Source: a virus
Lineage: Duplodnaviria > Caudoviricetes
DNA: 64,000 nt
Direction: 5' to 3' (one strand)
IMG/VR virus record: IMGVR_UViG_3300033076_001145
Location: 64,001 to 128,000 of that record
Position numbers and translations under genes: made by a program. Below are positions 1-8,872 of this stretch, one piece after another. Below the pieces are notes generated by a model that saw only the letters and a list, made by a program, of their open reading frames with translations, had not been told where the DNA came from and did no database searches. Within the stretch, counting starts at the first letter, position 1. The number at the start of each line of letters is the position of its first letter.

Positions 1-563
1 TCCTGAGAATCTTCCAAATTTTGTTCTTTAGCCTGTTCAATACATTCATCAATAATTCTCATCCATTGGTTAGATTTTGTTTTAACCAATTCTTTATTGA
101 TTTGTTTAATTCCTTTCTTTGGTTTGCTGATAAACTCATCATTCATTAATGAATAAACTCCGTCACTATAAGCCTCTGAGTTCTCATCCTGTAAATAAAG
201 TTCAACATCATACCCTTTTATTTTAATGTCGTGTTTTAAATTAAAAAGGGTTTTCTTCAAATCAAAAAATTCAGTATATAATTCAATTTGTTCTTTAGGA
301 TATTGTTCGTAATCTGCAATAATATGTAAATCAAAGTCTGAAAAGTTCGACCAGTTATAATTTACCAAAGAACCCATTAATACTATGTCAGAAATGATTA
401 CATCAACCTCAACAAAATAAAGGAATTCTTTAGCCGCTAATAATAAATTTTCTCGAATACTTTCTTTTAACTTTGCTTTACTGATATCATCATAGTTATC
501 CCATACTTTGGGATTCAAAGTCTTTTGAATGTTAAAACTGTTTAGAATTTCACTGTGACTCAC
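1..563 (-). CDS. Pol-beta-superfamily nucleotidyltransferase-domain protein (runs off window start)
   Basis: Hand translation from GTG at 563: MSHSEILNSFNIQKTLNPKVWD...IVLMGSLVNYNWSNFSDFDLHII...KGYDVELYLQD. GS-x-SDxD motif plus a third acidic residue; TATTTAT just upstream. Confidence 0.7.
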   Translation of the reverse strand, partial: MSHSEILNSFNIQKTLNPKVWDNYDDISKAKLKESIRENLLLAAKEFLYFVEVDVIISDIVLMGSLVNYNWSNFSDFDLHIIADYEQYPKEQIELYTEFFDLKKTLFNLKHDIKIKGYDVELYLQDENSEAYSDGVYSLMNDEFISKPKKGIKQINKELVKTKSNQWMRIIDECIEQAKEQNLEDSQ

Positions 564-583
564 ATATATAAATACTAAAAAAA

Positions 584-826
584 TTATAACTTTCTAAACT
601 TATATTTTTTTGAAATATTTTTTCCAAAATACGACCCCTGTGATTCTGATTTTCTAAATCCTACATAGGTAGTTAATGGAACTTCATCATATTCGTATTG
701 TAATCCGTTGTTAAATTCCACAACCAATTTTCTTGTTTCAGTGTCGTAATCAGTTTTCTTAATATTACTCGACTTTACCTCACAAATTATATGAGTCCCT
801 TTGATTTCTTCTTTAGTAATTGCCAT
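584..826 (-). CDS. KTSC domain protein
   Basis: VKSSNI..YD....LVVEFNNG..YEY..VP...Y..F..SESQGSYF..NI is the KTSC pattern. Confidence 0.85.
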   Translation of the reverse strand: MAITKEEIKGTHIICEVKSSNIKKTDYDTETRKLVVEFNNGLQYEYDEVPLTTYVGFRKSESQGSYFGKNISKKYKFRKL

Positions 827-899
827 AATCTTTTTTTCATTAAGGTTAATAGTTGAATTTTTAAAATTAAATAGTTAGTTTTACTAAAAACACAAAAGT

Positions 900-2948
900 A
901 TGATAGAATCAATTGACGACGGAGGAAAAGGTAAAAAAGCAACCACAAGTTCTCAAACACCTGTTTTAGATAATTTTAGTCGTGACTTAATTAAACTTGC
1001 CGAAGAAGGTAAATTAGACCCTGTAGTTGGTAGGGAAAATGAGATTATTAGAATTGCTCAAATTTTGTCTCGTAGAAAGAAAAATAACCCAATTATTATT
1101 GGAGAACCTGGATGTGGAAAAACCGCAATCGTTGAGGGTCTTGCAATGAAAATTTTTGATGGGGATTGCCCAAGAAACTTATTAGAAAAAAGAATTTTGT
1201 CTTTGGATTTGAACTCAATAGTCGCTGGTACAAAATACAGAGGACAATTTGAGGAGAGGTTAAAGGTTATTTTGGAGGAATTACAGACAAATCCAAACAT
1301 CATTTTATTTATTGACGAAATTCACACCATTGTTGGGGCGGGTAATGCATCGGGTTCATTAGATGCTTCAAACATATTAAAACCAGCCCTTTCTCGTGGA
1401 GAAATTCAATGTATTGGAGCAACTACTTTAGACGAATACAAAAAACAAATTGAAAAAGATGGAGCTTTGGACCGAAGATTTCAAAAGGTTATTGTTTCTC
1501 CAGCATCCACAGATGAGACTTTAATTATTTTACAAAATGTAAAAGATAAGTATGAGAATTACCACAAGGTTAATTACTCTGATGAGGTATTGAAAACTTG
1601 TGTTGAACTTGCAGATAGATATATCACAGACCGAGAGTTCCCTGACAAGGCATTCGATATTTTGGATGAAGTAGGGGCAAGAGCTCAGGTCGATGTTAAA
1701 AATCCTGAGGTAATTGAGGAACTTAAAAAAGAATCTCAGGAAATTAAAGAACAAAAACTTTTAGTAGTTAAGAAACAAAACTATGAAATGGCCGCTGAAC
1801 TTAGAGACCGAGAAAAGAAAGTTTTGGGTAAGTTAGAGGTTGAGAAAAAGAAATTTGAAGAGGAATTAATTACCAAGAAAAAAGACATCGCAATTGAGTT
1901 AGTTTATGAAGTGGTTGCAAACATGACAAAGATTCCTGTAACCAAATTATCTTTAGATGATACAAAGAACTTAATCGATTTAGAGGATAGTCTTTCTGAT
2001 TCAGTAATTGGTCAAAAAGAGGCGGTTACCAAAATTGCAAAGGCGATTAGAAGAAATCGTTTGGGAATTAAAGACCCAAACAAACCAATCGGTTCATTTA
2101 TCTTCTTAGGTTCAACAGGGGTTGGTAAAACATTATTGGCAAAAGAACTTGCAAAACAAATATTTGGAAGTGAGGACAATTTAATTAGAGTGGATATGAG
2201 TGAGTTCCAAGAGAAACATTCTGTATCGAGATTAATTGGTTCTCCTCCCGGATATGTTGGGTATGATGAGGGAGGTCAATTGACTGAACAAGTTAAAAAC
2301 AAACCATATTCAGTAGTGTTATTCGATGAAGTTGAGAAAGCTCACAGAGATATTTTCTCATCATTACTACAAGTTTTGGATGAGGGTTATTTGACCGACA
2401 GTTTTGGAAGAAAAGTTAATTTTAAAAACTGTTTAATCATTATGACCTCAAACATCGGGGTTAGAAAATTACAGGAATTTGGTGCTGGCGTCGGATTTGG
2501 AACCTCAAACAATGTATATAAAAATGAAGAGGCGAAGAAATCGATTTTGATGAAAGAACTTAAATCTTATTTCGCACCTGAATTTGTAAATCGATTGGAT
2601 GAAATTATTGTATTCAACACATTAGGTGACGATGATGTTAAGAAAATTGTCAATGTTGAGATGAACAAGTTGGTGTCTCGTTTGACTAAGTTAAAGTATG
2701 ATATTACATTTGACCAAACTTGTATTGATTACATCTCCAAGGTTGGGTTTGATGAACAATACGGAGCCCGACCATTAAAGAGAGCAATACAAGAGAAATT
2801 TGAGGACTTTATCTCGGATGAAGTATTAAGAGAAAATATTTTAATTGAACAAAAATACACTATTTACATAGAAGATGAAACTGTTCAGATAAGACAAGAA
2901 CAACTCGAACAAAAAACAAAAAAACCAAGAAAAAAGAAGGGGGAATAA
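900..2948 (+). CDS. clpC: ClpC/ClpA-type Hsp100 AAA+ ATPase lacking the Clp N-domain
   Basis: Two Walker A motifs (GEPGCGKT, GSTGVGKT), Walker B motifs (LFIDEIH, LFDEVEK), GYVG pore loop, UVR-like middle coil (YEMAAELRD) and VGFG ClpP-docking loop. Only about 20 aa precede LDNFSRDL. Confidence 0.92.
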   Translation: MIESIDDGGKGKKATTSSQTPVLDNFSRDLIKLAEEGKLDPVVGRENEIIRIAQILSRRKKNNPIIIGEPGCGKTAIVEGLAMKIFDGDCPRNLLEKRILSLDLNSIVAGTKYRGQFEERLKVILEELQTNPNIILFIDEIHTIVGAGNASGSLDASNILKPALSRGEIQCIGATTLDEYKKQIEKDGALDRRFQKVIVSPASTDETLIILQNVKDKYENYHKVNYSDEVLKTCVELADRYITDREFPDKAFDILDEVGARAQVDVKNPEVIEELKKESQEIKEQKLLVVKKQNYEMAAELRDREKKVLGKLEVEKKKFEEELITKKKDIAIELVYEVVANMTKIPVTKLSLDDTKNLIDLEDSLSDSVIGQKEAVTKIAKAIRRNRLGIKDPNKPIGSFIFLGSTGVGKTLLAKELAKQIFGSEDNLIRVDMSEFQEKHSVSRLIGSPPGYVGYDEGGQLTEQVKNKPYSVVLFDEVEKAHRDIFSSLLQVLDEGYLTDSFGRKVNFKNCLIIMTSNIGVRKLQEFGAGVGFGTSNNVYKNEEAKKSILMKELKSYFAPEFVNRLDEIIVFNTLGDDDVKKIVNVEMNKLVSRLTKLKYDITFDQTCIDYISKVGFDEQYGARPLKRAIQEKFEDFISDEVLRENILIEQKYTIYIEDETVQIRQEQLEQKTKKPRKKKGE

Positions 2949-2963
2949 ATCCCCCTTTTTTTT
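2936..2963. terminator. Bidirectional intrinsic terminator between convergent genes
   Basis: AAGGGGGA-ATAAA-TCCCCCTT followed by a T run, with an A-rich 5' flank. Confidence 0.7.
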
Positions 2964-3777
2964 ATAAGTTATATTTTGAAACATGGTCAAATTTATATTT
3001 TTTATGACCTAGTTTTTCAATTAGTTTTTGACCAGTTCTTGTTCCCGCAAACACCTCATCAACCACCACATATTCATTTTTGGTGTGGTAGTTATGGTAA
3101 CCAACTGAAAAGTTAATACACGAAAAATCAAATTTCTTTTTTAACTGCCAAACATCTGTATATGGATGTTGCATGAATTTTGGTGAGGATAACATACCCT
3201 CAGTTAAAACTTCTCTTGCCGACTGATGAAATTCAGAATCAGTTTCAAATAGTTTCACACCAAAACAATACTCTGTAACCATATAGTCGTCAGGGGCGTC
3301 AAACTGAATTGCGTAACCAACATTTTCGAAGAACTTGGGGTCGGCTTCTTTTGACCCAATACAACCAACTTCTTCTGAAACAAAAAACGCAGCCTTTAAC
3401 ACATCAAATTCTTCGAGTAACTGAAGACATGCAAAGACACCACACTTGTCATCACCTCCAATCCCTGTTGGTTCCCCAAAGTCATTATATGCCTTTAAGG
3501 AATAACTTTTTTCTCCTTTTGAGTCGGGTAAAGATTCTTCTCTAATATTAATGGTGTCTAATGGATGAACAGTGTCGGTGTGAGCAACAACACAGGGGTA
3601 GAATTCTCCCTCACCAATAGTTCCTTTAGTAACATAAATGTTACCCAAATTATCAATATGGAAATCGTATTTTTTTTCCAACAAATAATCTGTTAGAAAT
3701 TCAATCATTTTGTCCTCATGAAATGAGTGGGTAGGAATAGATAAAACCTTCTTTAAAAAGTCAATATTTTCAATCAT
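2962..3777 (-). CDS. M20/M28-family zinc peptidase-like protein
   Basis: AHTDTV, GGDDKCG, SEEVGCIGS and late YHNYH motifs. Confidence 0.8.
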   Translation of the reverse strand: MIENIDFLKKVLSIPTHSFHEDKMIEFLTDYLLEKKYDFHIDNLGNIYVTKGTIGEGEFYPCVVAHTDTVHPLDTINIREESLPDSKGEKSYSLKAYNDFGEPTGIGGDDKCGVFACLQLLEEFDVLKAAFFVSEEVGCIGSKEADPKFFENVGYAIQFDAPDDYMVTEYCFGVKLFETDSEFHQSAREVLTEGMLSSPKFMQHPYTDVWQLKKKFDFSCINFSVGYHNYHTKNEYVVVDEVFAGTRTGQKLIEKLGHKKYKFDHVSKYNL

Positions 3778-3806
3778 AAAAACAAAGGTAATAAAAAAAT
3801 TAAATA

Positions 3807-4850
3807 TTAGAACAATTCAGGGTGAAATAAAAAATTTTTAAAATCTTCTAAATTCATTTTCATTTTTTGATTAGAAACCACAACAATAATTTTACCGTCT
3901 TCAACTTTACCTAACCTAAAAGTTTCACCAGTTTTAGTTCCGTAATTTTTTTCTTTAGGGAAATTATATGTCCGACCAAAATCATATCCCAATTTTCTAA
4001 CATAATTAATCAATTCAAAATTTTTCTGTAAGGAACCTTCTTCCAAATCATCAGTTAGTTTTTCATAAATTTTTTCTAACTCTCTTTCAACCTCTCTTTG
4101 GAAACCTTCATCATCAAAATTTTTGTCATCATAATACGCATAATAATCCTCATATAAATCATCATCAAAATATAAATCATTATCTTCGACATATTTTTTA
4201 AGACATTCTAGCATACTTTCGGAATCTTTATTAATATCATTTTCATCAAAGAAATCAATTAGTGCTTGAACGGTTGTAATATATGACTCGGCACATGTTT
4301 TTTCAAAAAAGTTAAGGTAGAAAAATTTATTACACAGTTTGGAAACCACATATTCTCTCATACCCCTAACTAATGCGATATCGTAATAAGACGCCCATTC
4401 ATAAGCAATTTGACTACAAGAATATTCATTAAGTTGTATTAATACCTTAGCAATTTCAGAATGGTCATCCGTTTTTTTAATATTTAAATCAGGTGATACC
4501 ATATCCAAAATCTTTTGGACAGTTTTATCATTTTCTTTATTAAAATATCTAAATATATATCCTTCTCTAAAATCATCGTCCGCATAACTAGAATCAATAA
4601 ATACATTATCACTATATCCATATCTTGAAAAGGCGACATTAATTAAGAATCTATTTTGGTCATATTCATTGTCAGGCATAAAAAGTCTAACATAATCCTC
4701 TTCATAAAAACTAAGTAATACAATACTTTTTCCGAGACTTTTTTCATTAACATGTGTGATTCGAACTACTCTGTCATCATCCGAATGTTTAACAGATATT
4801 TCATCGGCTTCACCTTTTATGAATAATTCTAATTCTTTATATATTGACAC
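3807..4850 (-). CDS. Acidic hypothetical phage protein
   Basis: 347-aa Y/D/E-rich ORF; TATTTAT upstream. Confidence 0.6.
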   Translation of the reverse strand: MSIYKELELFIKGEADEISVKHSDDDRVVRITHVNEKSLGKSIVLLSFYEEDYVRLFMPDNEYDQNRFLINVAFSRYGYSDNVFIDSSYADDDFREGYIFRYFNKENDKTVQKILDMVSPDLNIKKTDDHSEIAKVLIQLNEYSCSQIAYEWASYYDIALVRGMREYVVSKLCNKFFYLNFFEKTCAESYITTVQALIDFFDENDINKDSESMLECLKKYVEDNDLYFDDDLYEDYYAYYDDKNFDDEGFQREVERELEKIYEKLTDDLEEGSLQKNFELINYVRKLGYDFGRTYNFPKEKNYGTKTGETFRLGKVEDGKIIVVVSNQKMKMNLEDFKNFLFHPELF

Positions 4851-4906
4851 AATAAAAGTTTTTTAATAAATACTTGTGTATTAGAGAATATATTTATATA
4901 TTTGTA

Positions 4907-4914
4907 AAACAATA
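4907..4914 (+). promoter_or_regulatory. Bacteroidota-type -7 promoter element (TAnnTTTG) for tmRNA
   Basis: TATATTTG about 14 nt upstream of the tmRNA 5' end, with TTG further upstream. Confidence 0.6.
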
Positions 4915-4928
4915 GTTCTTTGATTTAT

Positions 4929-5551
4929 GGGGATGTTTTTGGCTTTGACAGGAATGGATTAGTCATAAAACGCACGTCGGGGCTAAGCTAACCCTGTTTA
5001 ACTGGCTTGAATTTTTAAACGGCAACGTAATCAACAAACTTTCTACAATCGGTTTAATCCGTACTGAAGAAGTATCTGTAGCTTAATCTAGGATTAACCT
5101 ACTAGGGGTCGGCAGACATATAACCTTGCAACAGAAGTCGTAGTTGTGGTGTGGTTTCTACCCAAAAAGAAACAAAGTGGAGGATTAGTTCTCAGTAAAC
5201 CGAACCACTATAAAATAAGGGAATTGTGAAGTTTCGGATTGTTTAGAAAAACAATGACCTAAGCGTGTAGTGTTTTATGTCAGACTTTTTTGGACCCGGG
5301 TTTAATGTTGGACCCATAACATAGTAATGTGTTATTAAAAATCGGAAGAATTCAGTGGACTCTTAACAGGTAATGCTGATGACAATACTGAGCCGAGCCT
5401 CGCAGGAAGAGGAAGGTGCAGAGACTAGTGGGATTTAGACGCTTCTAATGTAATACCACACAAGAATCCGACACCCTACATTTGAGGGTGATGATATAGT
5501 CCAGTTAGTAAGGAAACTTATTATGTTTAGCGACCCCCGGCATCTCCACCA
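4929..5551 (+). ncRNA. ssrA: tmRNA interrupted by a group I intron
   Basis: 5' GGGGATG pairs with 3' CATCTCC-ACCA including the G3.U alanine determinant. GGCTTTGAC D-loop-like region. Tag ORF 5021-5086 after TTAAAC encodes GNVINKLSTIGLIRTEEVSVA*. The T-arm CCGGG-TT^CGACC-CCCGG is restored when 5303-5530 is removed. Confidence 0.93.
5303..5530 (+). mobile_element. Group I self-splicing intron (228 nt, no ORF) in the tmRNA T-loop
   Basis: Exon GGGTT pairs with the intron guide GACCC ending in a U.G pair, and the intron ends in G. Core elements: AATTCAGTGGACTC (P), AATACTGAGCCGAG (Q), GCAGAGACTA (R), GATATAGTCC (S). Confidence 0.9.
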
Positions 5552-5554
5552 TTT

Positions 5555-5586
5555 AATAAAGGGACTTCGGTCCCTTTATTTTTTTT
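5555..5586 (+). terminator. Intrinsic terminator after tmRNA
   Basis: AATAAAGGGAC-TTCG-GTCCCTTTATT followed by a T run. Confidence 0.85.
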
Positions 5587-5613
5587 CATATATTTTAATA
5601 TTTAATATTATAT

Positions 5614-6447
5614 ATGGACGCAGACAAAGTATTTAAAATTGCAAAAAAGATGTCAGATGACGAATTTGAAGGTTACACACCAACTGAGGTATTTCGTTAT
5701 TTCGTATCAACAAGTGAGGAAACAATAGTTTATGATTTCCTAACACCAAAAGAATTTATTCTATTTTGTTTTTTAGTCCATAGAATTTCTAACAAACTAA
5801 GTGTTACTGATGTAAATAATAATTTTGATAGACTAATTGCATATTCTTATATTGAAATTACTGAATTAGACCCAGAAGTAGAGTGTGAGCATTGTGATGG
5901 TTCAGGTGAAGTGAGTTGTAGTGATTGTAGCGGCAGTGGAAATGAATATTGTGATGAATGTAATGGAAATGGAGGTGTGGATTGTGATGAATGTGATGGT
6001 ACTGGAGAAGATGAAGAAGGTAACACATGTCGAAACTGTGATGGTGATGGTTCCGTTGATTGTAAAGAATGTGGGGGTAGTGGTAGTTTTTCTTGTCAAG
6101 AATGTGGGGGTAGTGGCGAAGAGAAATGTTATAAATGTGACGATGGTTATATAACTAAGGACGGATATTACTCGGCTACTCAGTTTTTTGTAGTAACGAT
6201 AGACCCAAAAATTTTTTCAGATATTGTCTATTATGAAAAAATGGATGTTTTACCTGAATCATTGTTACCGTCAACAAACATTAATTCAATTTTGGTTAAA
6301 CAAGATAATCATTCACCATGTGATGATATTGAAGAAGAAATAGAAACAGGTGATTTATATTTTATAGGTTCAGATACTGATACTAACATATCAATGTATA
6401 AAACACGCAGAGGTATAGATATTGCAACTATAGAAGATATCTGTTAA
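5614..6447 (+). CDS. Protein with tandem DnaJ-type zinc-finger repeats
   Basis: About eight CxxCxGxG units in the middle; no J-domain. Confidence 0.75.
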   Translation: MDADKVFKIAKKMSDDEFEGYTPTEVFRYFVSTSEETIVYDFLTPKEFILFCFLVHRISNKLSVTDVNNNFDRLIAYSYIEITELDPEVECEHCDGSGEVSCSDCSGSGNEYCDECNGNGGVDCDECDGTGEDEEGNTCRNCDGDGSVDCKECGGSGSFSCQECGGSGEEKCYKCDDGYITKDGYYSATQFFVVTIDPKIFSDIVYYEKMDVLPESLLPSTNINSILVKQDNHSPCDDIEEEIETGDLYFIGSDTDTNISMYKTRRGIDIATIEDIC

Positions 6448-6456
6448 GAAAACTAG

Positions 6457-6530
6457 TACCCCCGACACGATTCGAACGTGTGACCCACAACTTAGAAGGT
6501 TGTTGCTCTATCCAGCTGAGCTACGAGGGC
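6457..6530 (-). tRNA. tRNA-Arg(UCU)
   Basis: Minus strand reads GCCCTCG TA GCTC AGCTGGATA GAGC A ACAAC CT-TCT-AA GTTGT GGGTC ACACG TTCGAAT CGTGT CGGGGGT A. CCA is not encoded (CTA follows). TATCTTTG promoter upstream. Confidence 0.95.
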
Positions 6531-6568
6531 ATTTTTGTTCTACAAAGATAATATAAATTTAGATATTA

Positions 6569-6742
6569 TCAAATTTTTTTGATAACATATCTATAACCTG
6601 AGTCAGAATTCATTTGAAGAATACTACACATTTCATTAGCTTGTTCTTCCTTTTCAAATTCCAAAACTTCATCTTGTGAGTTTAGAATGATTACAGGTAA
6701 TTCTTTTTTATCTATCTTGATATATTTTACAATACAGTACAT
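6569..6742 (-). CDS. Small hypothetical protein (57 aa, not in ORF track)
   Basis: Hand translation: MYCIVKYIKIDKKELPVIILNSQDEVLEFEKEEQANEMCSILQMNSDSGYRYVIKKI*. Confidence 0.55.
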   Translation of the reverse strand: MYCIVKYIKIDKKELPVIILNSQDEVLEFEKEEQANEMCSILQMNSDSGYRYVIKKI

Positions 6743-6980
6743 ATTTTATCCTATTGAATATTCACTATTAAAATTATCCCATTCGTCCTCAGTCCAATGT
6801 GGTCTGTTCTCAACCTGATTATTTATCATTTCTTGGTCTTTAACTTTCGGGTCCATAATAATACTTAAATATGTGAATTTTATTCTTTATTGTCAATGTA
6901 CTGATATAAATAATTATTGATAAATAAAAAAATAAAAAAAAATTTGTCAATTAATAAATTATTTTGTAATTTTACATATT

Positions 6981-7472
6981 ATGACACAAGGTGTATTGGT
7001 TTTAAATTCAGATTTCAGTCCTATTAATGTAACAACCCTACATAGAGGTTTCGCATTAGTTTATAAAGGAAAGGCGGAGATTCTCAAATCTTCCGATGAG
7101 CCAATAGTATGCGGAATTAAACAATATATAAGACCACTAATCATACGATTACTTTCTTATGTTAGTTTTAAGAGAAGAAAAATAAGAGTAAATCGACATA
7201 GAATTATGAGACGAGATGGATACTCTTGTGTTTATTGTGGTAGTAAAAAAGATTTAACAATTGACCATGTTATTCCAAAGTCAAAAGGTGGTGATAACAC
7301 TTGGAAGAATCTTGTAACATGTTGTAGTCCTTGTAATTTAAAAAAGGGTGATAAATTATTACATGAGACAAATATGAATATGATAAAAAAACCCACAGAA
7401 CCTAATATATTTTCGGACTCTGCGGGTCAATATTTACAGAAAGTTTGGAATGAATTCCAAAATAGTTTTTAA
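6981..7472 (+). CDS. HNH endonuclease (McrA/HNH_5-like)
   Basis: RRDGYSCVYCG...LTIDHVIPKSKGG...W.NLVTCC..CN..K, with N-terminal VLVLN. Confidence 0.9.
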   Translation: MTQGVLVLNSDFSPINVTTLHRGFALVYKGKAEILKSSDEPIVCGIKQYIRPLIIRLLSYVSFKRRKIRVNRHRIMRRDGYSCVYCGSKKDLTIDHVIPKSKGGDNTWKNLVTCCSPCNLKKGDKLLHETNMNMIKKPTEPNIFSDSAGQYLQKVWNEFQNSF

Positions 7473-8866
7473 ACTAAATCGTCTGAACCTAAGATTTGAG
7501 GAATAACACTATTTCTCATATCTTGGGACAGAGACGTTACATTATCCATTGTATTTGTTAAAATAGGACAAACAATTTGAGATATTTTAACCATTAATGT
7601 TTCTTTGGTGTTCTGTGATTGAATTTGTTGAGTTAAAACATTTTGAACAACACCCATTAAATCATCTCCAGTTGTTGTTGGAAATTCAGAAATGATTGTT
7701 GGAGCAATTGCTGAAACTATAACATTTGAAACGGCATTACAATCAAAGAAAACATCAACAACTTTATCATCTGGCGTTGACATTAATTCATCCTTAATTG
7801 TTTTACCAATATCAGATGTCGTTGAGACATTTAGTTTAGACAAAAGGTTATCAATGTACTTTTCTTTGAACCCTCCTTCCAATCCTGCATAAACTACTGA
7901 AAATGCATTTTTGAACGTGGAGTCAACACTCTCATTTAAAGATGAATTAACGACAAATTTTCCCATTGATTTGTAAAATTTATTATATCTTCTGCCTTCA
8001 AAATCCTCATTCATTTTAAAAAGAGTTCTGACCATTTTAACTTCATCAATCTTTTTATTATTTTTTATTTTTTTCAATTTTTCAACAATTGTGTTTTTCA
8101 TAACTTTTCCTTCTTTAATTGTTTTTAATTTCTTTGTTAAAGTTTCTTTGACAGTCTCTTTAATCTCATTTGGGAATTTTAATTTGTCTTCATTAAAGAA
8201 AACTTCACCTCTAGTTTGATTATTCATAACGTTTTTTTTGATTAGGAAATTGACCGCCGGCATCTCATGTAATCTCCAACCTTCAGGTGATTTTTGTAAT
8301 CCTCCCGTATACATAGCCCACAATGTTTTTTCATCACATTGCTCATCCATTATTCTACCAAAATCCCAAACATTGCCAAATCGTTTAATAAAATAATCCA
8401 AAAACCTTTTTGCGGCTTTATCCAAAAACTCATCTTTATAATGTGTTTTGAAAAAATTCTCGGGAGATGTGTCAGGATAACAAGTAATTGGAACTGTTTT
8501 ACTTTTATAATCAACTTTAACTGCGGGTTGTATTTCAGCCTTTGGTTTTTCAGGGGCGGTTTTTGGTGTTTCAGGTTGAGTCTTGCCATCAACCTTTTTT
8601 TTAGATTCATCTTTGGATTTATGAGTATCATTTAAAGTTTGTAATGTTTCCGGCTTCCATGTACTATTTCCAATTTTAAAATTATTACCTTCCCATTTCC
8701 AGCTACCTGTATTACCATCTTTTACCGCTCTTGTGTCATCAAATATTTTATATATTTTTGATTTATCACTTTTAGCAAAATGAAAGTCATATTGAGTATC
8801 ACTTTTTTTTTCAAAAGTACCAGGGTACTTTTTGAATTTTCTAATATCGTCAACTTTAAATGCCAT
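7469..8866 (-). CDS. Large hypothetical protein, possibly virion-associated
   Basis: 465-aa ORF in an operon-like run with 8873-12394; several I/L-x-E motifs. Confidence 0.5.
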   Translation of the reverse strand: MAFKVDDIRKFKKYPGTFEKKSDTQYDFHFAKSDKSKIYKIFDDTRAVKDGNTGSWKWEGNNFKIGNSTWKPETLQTLNDTHKSKDESKKKVDGKTQPETPKTAPEKPKAEIQPAVKVDYKSKTVPITCYPDTSPENFFKTHYKDEFLDKAAKRFLDYFIKRFGNVWDFGRIMDEQCDEKTLWAMYTGGLQKSPEGWRLHEMPAVNFLIKKNVMNNQTRGEVFFNEDKLKFPNEIKETVKETLTKKLKTIKEGKVMKNTIVEKLKKIKNNKKIDEVKMVRTLFKMNEDFEGRRYNKFYKSMGKFVVNSSLNESVDSTFKNAFSVVYAGLEGGFKEKYIDNLLSKLNVSTTSDIGKTIKDELMSTPDDKVVDVFFDCNAVSNVIVSAIAPTIISEFPTTTGDDLMGVVQNVLTQQIQSQNTKETLMVKISQIVCPILTNTMDNVTSLSQDMRNSVIPQILGSDDLV

Positions 8867-8872
8867 TTTTTA

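Noticed and set aside
5880-6150. Periodic TGT-rich DNA as a repeat element
   Set aside because: Explained by CxxCxGxG zinc-finger codons. The overlapping ORFs at 5902 and 5921 are shadows.
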